From NCBI RefSeq assembly GCF_004010195.1, contig NC_057718.1, positions 34,144,384 through 34,208,383 on the forward strand: a DNA stretch of 64,000 bases, read 5' to 3'. Each line of letters starts with the position of its first letter. Positions within the stretch are counted from its first letter, which is position 1. This DNA is from Chiloscyllium plagiosum. Taxonomy: Eukaryota. Shown here piece by piece: positions 1-10,624 of the stretch. Below the pieces are notes generated by a model. It worked only from the letters and a program-made list of their open reading frames with translations, searched no databases and had not been told where the DNA came from. A program made the position numbers and the translations under genes.

Positions 1-1335
1 AGCATGGAAACAGACCCTTCGCCAAACATGTTCCTGAAGTAAACTAACCCCACCTTCCTGTGCTTGGCCTACATCCCTGCAAACCTTATTCAGATGTCTT
101 TTAAACATTGTAACTGTACATGCATCCATTGCTTTTTATGCCAGTTCATTACACACATGAACCAATCTCTGTGTAAAAAAAGTTGCCCCTTATGTCATTT
201 TTTTTAAAGCTTTCTCCTCTCATCTTAAAAAAAATGCACTCTAGTTTTGAATTCCCCCATCCTATGGAAAAGACTCTTGTCAGTTCACCTTATCGATGCC
301 CCTCATGATTTTACAAATCTCTATAAGGTCACTTCTCAACCTCCTATGCTCCAGTGAAAAAAGTCACAGCCTTTCCAGTTCATTTTTATAACTCATACCC
401 TCCATTCCCAGCAACATCCAGGTAAACATTTTCTGAACCCTCTCTAGTTAAATAATATCCTTCCTATAACAGGGCGACCAGAACTGCACACAGTACTCCA
501 GAAGAGGCTTCACCAACATTCTGTACAACCTCAATACAACGTCCCAAATCCTATGCTGAATAGTCTAAGGAATGAAGGCAATCATATTAAAGGCCTTGTT
601 AACCGCCCTGTGTACCTGTGACACAAATTTCAAAGAATTATGTCCCTGAACACCGAGGTTTCTCTGCTTTTCAACGCTAGCCAGGTCCCTATCATTCATC
701 GTAAAAGTCCTTTTTCGTATTACCAAAATGCAACGCCTCACATTTATCCCAAATTAAACTCCATCTGCCACTCCTCAGCCCTTTGACTTGCTTGATCAAG
801 ATCTTTTTGTAACCTTAGATAACCTTCTTCACTGTCCACTATACTACCAATTTTGGTATCATCCATAAACTTACTAACCATGCCTCCTATATTATCATCC
901 AAATTGTTTATATAAATGAGAAACAAAAGTAGACCCAGTATTGATTCTTGTGGAACACTGCTAGTCACAGGCCTTCAGTTCAAAAATCAATCCTCCACCA
1001 CCAGCCCATCTCCTACCGTAAAGCCAATTGTGTATCCAATTGGTAAGCGGACATGAATTCGATGTGATCCAACTTTAGTAAGTAGTCTACCACATCAAGC
1101 CTTGTCAAAGACTTTATTAAAGTTCGAGTGAACAATATCTACTGCTCTGGCCTCATTAATCTTTTTGGTTACTTCATTAAAAAACTCAATCAATTTTGTG
1201 ACACACAATTTTCCTCACACAAAACCATGCTGACTATCCCTAATCAATCCTTGCCTCTCCAGTTTATGTAAATCCTTTCCTTCAGAATCACCTCCAACAA
1301 TTTACCCACCAATGTCAGACTCACAGGTCTATAGT
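1..1335 (-). mobile_element. CR1-clade (HER1-like) LINE 3' fragment, degenerate ORF2 RT plus 3' tail
   Basis: Minus ORF 744-968 has degenerate CR1 RT motifs (SSVPQESILGLLLFLIYINNLD, KFMDDTKIG, LQKDLD). The window starts with the reverse complement of the HER1-type 3' tail (agcatggaaacagacccttc). Confidence 0.85.
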
Positions 1336-1929
1336 ATTGCCTTATAGCAACAAGAATATTCTGTTTTTCTGGAAACAAAGGAAAACTGCACATTTTGGAA
1401 ACCAAAAATAAAACGGAAACTTAGGAATTGGTTTTTCTCCTTAGTTTATGACGATGTTTACCTATAACCACATGAGGAGGGGTGCATCATCTCCCCTTCT
1501 TTTTACTCCCTTGGTTGGCCACAACGATGGATTTCTAATTTTTTTTTAGCATGCAGCTACATCACATATCAGTTAAACACAGTTCACCAGTTCAGAAATG
1601 GTCAAGTCAATTGCAAGATTTCCTTGAATGAAAGAAAAGGAATTTTATTGCTTAATAATTCTGATAAAAATAATGAAATGCAACATAAAACATCCATAGT
1701 ATCGTGGGTATAAAATTTAAAAAAGGGGAGAGTGTCTACTACAAAAATGAAGAGCAAGAGGCTATGAGAAAAACAGTGATAGAAAGCAAGCCCTCCAGTT
1801 CTGCTGTTATGAATCTATCATCCTCTGTCTTTTTGCCCAAAAGCAGTTTCCAGGAATACTTTGTTCACTTGTGTTTGTCTGTGTCTGGCATCATTGATTT
1901 AGATAACCTGCAGCTGACTTTCATCCCAA

Positions 1930-2024
1930 GAATCCTGATGAAGGGCTTTTGCCCAAAAGCGTCAATTTTCCTGCTCCTCAGATGCTGCCTGACCTGGTGT
2001 GCTTTTCCAGCACCACTCTAATCT
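1930..2024 (+). mobile_element. Penelope-derived terminal mini-insertion with hammerhead motif, inserted in a CR1 relic
   Basis: CTGATGA-A-GGGC-tttt-GCCC-aaaagcGTC is followed by the cctgctcctcagatgctgcctgacctg terminus. It is flanked by the direct repeat TGACTTTCATCCCAA (1915-1929 and 2025-2039). Confidence 0.75.
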
Positions 2025-2044
2025 TGACTTTCATCCCAAAATGT

Positions 2045-2200
2045 AAAATTATAGGGATCAGTGCTCAGGCCATGATTATTTACTCTCTATATATTCATTA
2101 TTTGGATGCAAAAAGTAAATGTTCTATAGTCAAGTTTGCAGATGACACAAAAATAGACAAGAATGTAAGTGGAGCTATGAATAAAACTGAAATGGGCAGG
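2045..2200 (+). mobile_element. CR1 RT relic
   Basis: Translates to ...IVKFADDTKID..., the CR1 RT catalytic region. Confidence 0.65.
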
Positions 2201-2202
2201 CA

Positions 2203-2310
2203 GAAGTGGGTACTGCAGATACTGGAGATCAGAGTCAATTTTAAGCCCTTCCTGATGAAGGGCTTTTGCCCGAAATGTGGATTTTCCTGCTCCTCGGATG
2301 CTGCCTGACT
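2203..2310. mobile_element. Penelope-derived inverted terminus plus hammerhead cassette
   Basis: An inverted end (actgcagatactggagatcagagtc) is followed by CTGATGAAGGGCTTTTGCCCGAAA at 2252-2275. Flanks are TGAAATG(G)GCAGGCA repeats at 2188-2202 and 2311-2324. Confidence 0.7.
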
Positions 2311-3679
2311 TGAAATGGCAGGCACCCTACTGTGATAATTGATGGTTATGAAATCAGTCATGCAGCAGTAATCCAGTAATGGAATACCTGAGGTTTATGC
2401 CAAAAGACAGCATATGACAAAAAGCTTTGCTTTGTAGCATTCCAGCTATTTTTTGAAATGTTTAAAGGACAGGATTTTTAAATGCCTTGACAGCTTCATA
2501 GCTCCCTTTGACACTTCCTTTTCAAGGTTCCATTAACAATTTTGCCCTTCCCTTTGACACTTTTGACAGCTCCCTTATTGTGTTCTTTTGATAGGACCTC
2601 TTACTAGTCACATTTCTGACCTTTGTGTTTTCACAGGTTTGTTAACAATTCCAAGGAGCACTACAGTTAATGAGCTTGTGCATATTTATGCCAGCTTTTA
2701 TAGCTGTTCCAAGAGAGACCTTTACAATACCACCTGTCCTCCCAGCGACAAAGGCATGTAACATCCCCTAAAGGTGTTCTGGTACCATTTGAAAGGGGAT
2801 CCTTACCTCTCCAAAGGAATGCATGAAGTTGAGAACTGTCCCTGCCAGGTTTCTTCTGCAGATTTTGGGTTTCATATTCCTGGGCTACCAAAGTCTGACT
2901 CAATCGAATGCAAGAAATGATTTAAATGGCCATCTCCCTCCATGAACTGGCTATGTACAAATCCCAACCACCCAACTCCTTTCCTGCATCCCCTAAAAAT
3001 GGGAAATGCAACTCTCAGGAATGGAGCATCTCCAGGACCAGCTTCCATTTTTGAAATGACAGAGAGACCCTCTTGGTGGCAAAAAATCCAGGCCTGAGAG
3101 TCATGACTTGGTTTGCGTAGAAATTGAGATTCTTATTAGAGCTAAACAGTAAAATAGCAAAGTTGATATCACATGTGAAAACATTTCCCAGTTGTTATTT
3201 TCCTTGTATTGCCACACCTTTGCTTTAAGCTTTTGTTCACTCCCTAACACTCAGACTGGCGCAGTGTGTAATCTTGTTGCAACACCAAATTAAAATCGTA
3301 ATGCAAGATGTAATTTAAGCATATCAAGTCGTTGTCAGCTGTTGGAAATTGACTCGAGCAACCCTTCATGTACGTCACAGATGTATTAAGGACTAGGAAA
3401 CTATTAATTAATTTGTTTTACAAAATGTCAGTTGTCAAATCCTAAGGCCACTCAGCAAACTTTAACCCTTTTGTGAGTGCAGTTCAAATAGGACACGCCC
3501 ATGATCACAGATATATTGAAACATGGCAGGACTAAGGGAGAATTACAGCTGAGTCAAATCCTGTGCTCACCTGTCTTTTCGCAAACATATGCTTTCCATT
3601 AACTAGCAAACAGTAACAAAAGTGGCTAAATTTACCTTTGCTAACTCTGTGATACTGAAACCACTTCTACCACTGAGAT

Positions 3680-3765
3680 CAGTAAATTGATGAAGGAGCA
3701 GTGCTCTGAAAGCTTGTAATTTCAAATAAAACTGTTGGATTACAATCTGGTGCTGTGACTTCTGA
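3680..3765 (+). mobile_element. Penelope-type terminus, second family, with degenerate hammerhead
   Basis: tTGATGA-A-GGAGC-agt-GCTCT-GAAA-GCTT followed by ttcaaataaaactgttgga. A reverse-oriented truncated copy lies at about 42965-43030. Confidence 0.55.
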
Positions 3766-4796
3766 ATCAGTAAACTGAACAGGGAACAAACATATGATCG
3801 TGCAGACATCCAGCTCAGCTTCACATCAGGTATTATAGCTACCTGCTGGCCTGTGTGAAATTTTTTGTGGACAGGAATTTGGATTAAATTTCAAAAGAGG
3901 AGCTTTCGACAGAGCTTTAGTTTAACGAGCATGTTAATAATATAAAGACCCATGTCTACAGCATTTACGATGCCTCGTGATGGGTAAGAACCTATAATAT
4001 AAAGAAAGATGAGAGATGATAAGAGGAAGATAATTATAGGTCTTTTGGTGGAAATAATTGATGTAACATGAATGGATGTTGGAAACCCAGATAGTTTATG
4101 GAGGAACTTTGGTGAATGAAAGAAAAAAAGACAAGAGATGCAGTTAAAAAAAAGGGTTAAAGTAAGGCACTGTTCAGTTAGCCAGAAGTAAATTATAAAA
4201 GCCAAGGATTTTTGAAGTTTTAGATAATTTGCTCAGCAATAAATTATTTGAGATTTGTGGTTGATCATAGTCCAGGATGGCTAATTTTATGGGGTGGTAA
4301 AGCAACTGTGCCCATTTACAGTTAAAACAAAGAGTCATGAGAGCAGATGGGGATAGCGGTCACTATCTTCTACTAACAAACCACCTTTCATTACATTATG
4401 GGTTCTTATCTACACCCAATTGAAATCCCAACCATCAGGGAAAGCAACTGTCAACGATCTCCTTCTATCAAGCCAATTCCTTATCCTACACCACACAGCA
4501 ACAGTTGACTAAAACCACAATTCCCTGTTTCATCTGCACAAATAGGACTCACAAACTATAACCCTTCACTCAATCCACAGCACCATGAAACTGCAAAATC
4601 AACTGACACACAGCTTGCACAAAACTCCAACAGTGCCAGCAAGTGAGTCCACCCTCACTCCCATAAATCAACATCTGACAAACGCCATTCTTTCAACAAT
4701 GCAACAACCAATTAAAAAAAAACTTAAAATTATTCAAGTTCAATACTTTCCACCATTTGAAACAGACCTGCGCCCCTTCTTCCCACACTTTAGCAC

Positions 4797-5138
4797 TATC
4801 ATAGAATCCCTACAGTGTGGAAACAGGCCATTTGGCCCAACAAGTTCACATTGACCCTCCGAAGAGCAACTTACCCAGACCAATTCCCTTAACCTATTAC
4901 TCTACGTTTACTCCGAACGAATGCACCTAACCTACATATCCCTGAACACTATGGGCAATTTAGCATGATCAATTCACCTAACCTGCACATCTTTGGACTG
5001 TGGGAGGAAACCGGAGCATCCAGAGGAAACCCACGCAGACATGGGGAAAATATGCAAACTCCACACAGACAGTCACCCAAGGCTGGAACTTGTGTCCCTG
5101 GCACTGTGATACAGCAGTGCTAACCACTGAGCCACCAT
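4797..5138 (-). mobile_element. HE1-type tRNA-derived V-SINE
   Basis: The reverse complement has a tRNA-like head (tggctcagtggttagcactgctg), a V-domain-like core (gtgtggagtttgca...gtgggtttcctc) and a HER1-like tail. Other copies at 9915, 16965 and 46518. Confidence 0.85.
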
Positions 5139-5157
5139 ACATTAACTTAAAACTTAG

Positions 5158-5280
5158 ACATAGACATAGAAAATAGGAGCAGGAGTAGGCTATTTCACCC
5201 TTTGAACCTGCTCCTGCTTATTACAATCATGGTTAAACATCTAATTCAATGATAGCGTGTTCCCTGTCCATGGCCTAGGA
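5158..5280 (-). mobile_element. CR1 3' tail fragment
   Basis: catagaaaataggagcaggagtaggc is the reverse complement of the CR1 tail seen intact at 33800-33842. Confidence 0.6.
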
Positions 5281-6329
5281 TGCTAGGAGAGAGTTTTTTT
5301 CCCATCTGTGAGGGCAGTATTAAAGCTGGATTTGAAAGGTATAAGGCAGATGCTGCTGATGAGAACAGTGACATGTGATTGGACAGTGGACCAAGGAAGA
5401 CTCAAAACCCAACAGGTATATGAAAGGGTGTTTAAGAATGACAGGTAAGAATGATGGAGGTGGTAACTGAGATTTAATGGAGTCACTCAGAGTGGGTACG
5501 GTGTTAGAATGGCTTGTGTAATCGATTGATGACTACGCAGCCCACTCCTTCCATCAGGAAAACTGACCCACTCCTTTTATTTAGTGGTGGTAATGGACTG
5601 ACATCAGGTACTGACCCACTGAGGCTAAATGGACTCCATGTTGAGCTATTTAAAAGGCCATAAATTCAGAGCTCAATGCAATTTAGTGGCGATTCAGGGA
5701 TTCACTTGAATTTTTGTAGTTTATCTGACCAGAGAAGAGGAGGTTGGGTACAATGTGTCCCCTATAAAAGTATTTAATCGAGTGTCCTGACATCAGGAAG
5801 GAGGTACCCACTGAGACCCTAACCCCTCCCCTTACATTGGACTCTCCTTGTCAGGGACTTTCTCCCTTTGAACCCAATCTATTCCCACTCACCCTGTCTC
5901 TAGGGATTAAGCAATAATCCTTGGTGAAGGTGACTGGGAGCTTCATCCTAGTCTAGGTTTTACGCTGGTGGGCTAAAGCCTACATTAAATTACACCTGGT
6001 ATGTCATTCTTATTGCACAAAATATGAATGGTGCTGAAAAGAAGCATGGTAATACAAATTTGTATCTTAAAAGTTGCTAGGATATGTTTTAATCAACCAA
6101 ATTTAGATTAAACTTCACTGTTTACCTGCAGTGGGTATCTCACACAAGAATCATTATTTGCAAAGAGATTGATCAAATAACAACATATTAGGCACATTGG
6201 TGCCCCCTGATAGCCCTGTAATAAAGACATCATAGTAGCACCAATAAAACATTAACTAACTGAAGTTTGAGGATCAAGAAATGGACAGTGGTTATTAAAT
6301 ATTTCTGAATACTAGAGCTGGAATATACC

Positions 6330-7225
6330 TTCCTCCTCAGAGAAGGTCTGAAAGGCACATGGAGGCAATATGATATAGTGGGAGGTTGTGGGCTAGAGTG
6401 TCACCTTCCCACCTCTCCCCCTGACAATTAAGTCCAAGGTTGGAAGGGTCAATTGAGAGGAAGATAATGATAAACTTAAAGTCTGAAGTGATACATTCAG
6501 CGAATGCAGTGTGAAGTGATATATTCTGGTCGAAAGAAGGAGGGGAGGCAATGTATGGTAACAAGTATAACTTTAAAGATAGTACATTAGATGTATTGTA
6601 TGTACACAAATAATTGAAGTTAATAAAGCAGGTTGAGAAAATGACTAAAAAAGCCAAAGGGATTCTGAGTTTTAAAAGCAGAGGTGTTTATGGAGTATTG
6701 TGTCAATTCTGGGCACCCTATTTTCAAAAGAATGTGAAGACTTTATAAAGGCTGCAAAGAAGATCTGTGAGAATGGTTCCAAAAATTAGGGACTCCAGTG
6801 ATGTCAGTTGATTGAAAATTTTGTGATTGTTCTTGGAAAGGGTTATGAGGCAATTTTCTTGTGGTGTTCTAACATTACAGGGGTCTAGACACTGTAAGTA
6901 AAGAGATATTTCCCTGTTGGCAAATACTTGAGATCCAGAGGACACGGCTTTAAGGAGAGTCACGGCTTTAAAGAGAGTCACAAAATAAAACAAAAGTGGT
7001 ATGTGGTAATCTTTTTATACACTAAGTGGTTATGATTATGAATACATTGCCTTAAAGGAGATGAAGGCAGATTCCATCATTGCTTTTAAATGGGCTTTGG
7101 ATAAGTACTGGAAGGGAAAGAATTTGCAGGGCTATGATGAAAGAATGGGTACTGGGACCAATTGAGTTACTCTTGCAGTGTGTCAGCATGGATCTGATTG
7201 GCTGAGTAGCCACTTTTTGTGTTGT
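6330..7225 (+). mobile_element. Old CR1 LINE 3' fragment
   Basis: Degenerate EYCVQFW motif (ggagtattgtgtcaattctgg) and a CR1-type 3' UTR. Contains an 18-bp tandem duplication at 6943-6978. Confidence 0.65.
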
Positions 7226-7370
7226 CACAGAGTCATACAGCACGGAAACAGATCCTTCAGTCCAAGTCACTAATCAGACATCTCAATCTGACCCAGTCCC
7301 ATTTGCCAGCATATACCCATCCAGATGCTTTTAAAATGTTATGATTGCACATGCCTCTACCACTTTATTG
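7226..7370 (-). mobile_element. HER1/CR1 3' tail fragment
   Basis: agagtcatacagcacggaaacagatccttc matches the tail at the window start and at 47200-47235. Confidence 0.65.
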
Positions 7371-8621
7371 CCTATTACAAGTTACTTAGACATGAATTCT
7401 AGAAATGCTAGGAGTCACCTCATTCCCCGTGGACCACGGGGTAAAGTCAGCATACTCACTCTTGTTCACTATTCTGGAGTTCCTGAAGAGGCATATATGT
7501 GTGAGCATTAGCTGAAAATAGGAGAGTGCAGAGCTTTGAGGAGGCTGTAATGGTGAAGATGAAAAACAGTTGTTTAAGGTCCCAGAGAGTTGCCACCATC
7601 AATGGAACCTTTGCTTAAAAGCCCATGCCATTCAAAATTGAGGAGAGACAAAGGAAAAGGACTGCTTTCCCCATTTAGAATATTGACAATAATGTGGTGC
7701 CTGGAGCTGCAATTAACTCCTGTTAATTTGGCGAAGATGTGTCAAATGGGGGTGCTTGAATTAAATGGTTTAAAATTAGATGCAGGGTGAATGGGATTAA
7801 ATAGAGTGACTGCAGTGCAAAAGTACTTCATTGACTTTACAATGTTCTGAAGTCAGTCAGGGTATGATATGAAAATGCAGGTTTTCCATTTCGCTGCTTA
7901 TCTCCATTCTTCTTAAAATTTCAGACTCATAATTGAACTTTTGCTTCAAACAAACGATCAAGGATTAATTACTGACTTTTCCAGATGTTTAGAATACATT
8001 TGCCGAAAGTAGCAGATGTTGGCAGGAAGTAAAGAGAAAAAAAAATCAACCACTCAAGGCTGGAATTGCTGAATGATTTTCTTGTATATTTCATTCATCT
8101 GATTTTGTCCAAGTGGTCAGGTCAAGTAATCCAGTGAGACGAATAGGTGAGGCAATAAAATCCTGCTTAACAGTGTTGTTCCTGAAGCAGACTGTCTCCA
8201 GTTTCTTGCTGGAGCTGTTTTTCCCCTCCCCCACCTGGAGGCAAAGTACCACTTTGTGCTGTTCAAATTGCAGCACACAGCAGCTGTTTATCCTTGAGAA
8301 CACCTGTGAACAACTTGTAGCCCATGGGCAGACAGCCTAATATTAACTGTCCGTCCAAATGAACAGGACTCCCCTTGTGTGTCAGACACATTCATATCAG
8401 ATTAGATGCAGCCTGTGTAGCTTTCTGCTGGGTTTTAGTTTCGCTCAGTTGGCCAGTGTTTGTCAAAAACATTCTACTTTGTTTTAACGCATTTCCACTG
8501 GGAAAACCTATGTTTAGTTTTGGAAACATTGCACTGAGCATTAACCTTGATACATTTTGACAAGTTTCATTTTTATTATTGTTTGTTTTAAGGAATGCAA
8601 CAGTACCAGAAAAGAAGAAGC

Positions 8622-8965
8622 TTTTGTTTATTTGTTCATGGGATGTGGGTGTCACTGGCTGGGCCAGCATTTATTGCCTGTCCCTAATTGCCCCTTCTCA
8701 TTGAGTGGGTTGTTAAGCTATTTCAGGGGATGGTTGAGAGTCAACTGCATGGCTGTGGGTTTGAAGGCTCATGTACACCAGACCAGGTACAGATAACAGA
8801 TTTTCTTCCTGAAAGGGCATTATTGAAACAGATGGATTTTTACAACAATGTTAATGTGGTCACTTTTCAACTAACTTTTTAAAAAATGTGTTGAATCGAA
8901 GTCCCTTGAACATTAGGCTGCGTTTCTGGTTTAGAGACATTACCATGAAACCAGCACCATACCCT
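8622..8965 (-). mobile_element. tRNA-derived SINE, second family, with L2-like tail
   Basis: gggatgtgggtgtcactggctgggccagcatttattgcc...gagtcaactgcatggctgtggg. Homologous copies at about 24560, 47785 and 62390. Confidence 0.7.
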
Positions 8966-9914
8966 GAGGTAGTGATCCAAAAGCTATAATGGTTGCAATG
9001 CAGATTCCTTTTGATGTCTTGAGATTATAAAAACAGGCTTGAAATTTAGAATGATAGGGGAGTATGTGGTGCTCTCAGATGGTCATTTGATTGAGGGAAT
9101 TGTAGATTTATGTAATGTTAAAGAGGTGGGAGAAAGATTTATTGAAATAATGACAAAGGCAGACTGTAGTCAACAGATCAGAACACCAATGCTAGAATTG
9201 TGAGCCCACAATTTTGTGCAACGAGGCTGGCATTGCTATTTTCCTGGGAGGTAGCAACTCACTGTCCAATGATTGGGTTCCTGATGCTGCAGAATGAGAG
9301 GGTTGGCACCCCTGGAATTTTGGAAGCTGAACGGGGAGATATGGATGCCACTGAGGCTGCATAATCACTATGTGGTACTTCAACATATACCCCTTCAGCC
9401 AGACATTTTAGTGAGGCCTTTCTTGCTTCAGAGCCCCTGTTTGGGAGATGGAGCTTCTTCCACTACTGAACCACCAGCTGCTTCATAACAGCTGCCTCTA
9501 TGAAGCCTCCATTTCTAAACATATCCGTGGGAAAGGTCCTCCATGGCACAAATGCAAGAATGCCCTTAAGTGGAAATTTAATACCCAGTTAAGGTTTCTG
9601 TTCATCACTGCTGATACTCAAAATCACATCAGAAGTCAAAATGTCAGAATTCCAAAAAGCAAATCCTTTTAAGATTCTGAGCCTCAGGTGGGTACAATGC
9701 TGACAACTACCACCATTCCCCCACTGGTGGGTGCTCTCTATGACAGCTGCTGCCCTCTGATCAGGTGCCATCTCACCTAGCAGGATTCCCAGAGTACACT
9801 CCAGCCAAAAGACAAGATTCCAATTTTTCCATTAAAACCTGCTCACTTGGATTAAAGGATCTGTGGGCCTTAATTGGGCCAATTGTTAAAATTCAAATCA
9901 GTCAGACCTAGGAT

Positions 9915-10188
9915 CCCTTCAGAGCAGATAAGGCCATTCCGCCAATTGAATCTGCACTAACCCTCTGAAGAGCATCCCACTTAAGACCCACCCCCATAAT
10001 CCCACGTTTACCATGGCTACTCCACCTAACCAGCACATCTTTGGGAGGAAACCATTACACATGGCAGAAACCCATACAGACAAAGGGAGAATGAACAAAA
10101 CTCCACACAGTCACCCAAGGCTAGAATCTAACCCAGGTCCCTAGTGCTGAGAGGCAGCAGTGCTAACCACTGAGCCACTGTGCTGCCC
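9915..10188 (-). mobile_element. HE1-type V-SINE
   Basis: Ends in gcagcagtgctaaccactgagccactgtgctgccc (reverse of the tRNA-like head); similar to 4797-5138. Confidence 0.85.
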
Positions 10189-10412
10189 TGCCTGCTATTT
10201 AAATTAGACCCTCACTCCTGTCAGGAAAGGAAACATTTTTCTGACTGAATTTCAGTGTGTGACAGAATGAAGATTAGGGTTGTAAGCACATTGGGAGAAC
10301 AGCCATTTTAACTCACCATCCGTACCAACTGTTTTACATCATATGATTGCTGTTCAGTGACATCAGTGTGCTGAAGAATTGTTCTCTGTTGGTTTATCCC
10401 ATCCATCTTGTA

Positions 10413-10624
10413 GGCGAAAGTGAGGACTGCAGATGCTGGAGATTAGAGTCAAGTGTGTGGTGCTAGAAAAGCACAGCAGGTCAGGCAGCATCTGAGGAGC
10501 AGGAAAATCGACATTTCAGGCAAAAGCCCATTCCTGATGAAGGGCTTTTGCCCAAAACATCTATTTCCCTGCTCCTCGGATGCTGCCTGACCTGCTGTGC
10601 TTTTCCAGCACCATACTCTTGACT
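10413..10624. mobile_element. Palindromic Penelope terminal cassette with hammerhead motif
   Basis: The left arm from about 10446 is the reverse complement of the right arm. CTGATGA lies at 10534-10540. Direct repeat CATCCAT(C/T)TTGTA at 10400-10412 and 10625-10637. Confidence 0.8.

Noticed and set aside
1704..2361. Recurrent peptide ends such as LMKGFCPK, IFLLLRCCLTCCAFPAPL and FSCSSDAA in many ORFs
   Set aside because: These are translations of the non-coding Penelope terminal repeat, not a protein family.
6943..6978. 18-bp tandem duplication
   Set aside because: Ordinary slippage inside a dead CR1 fragment.
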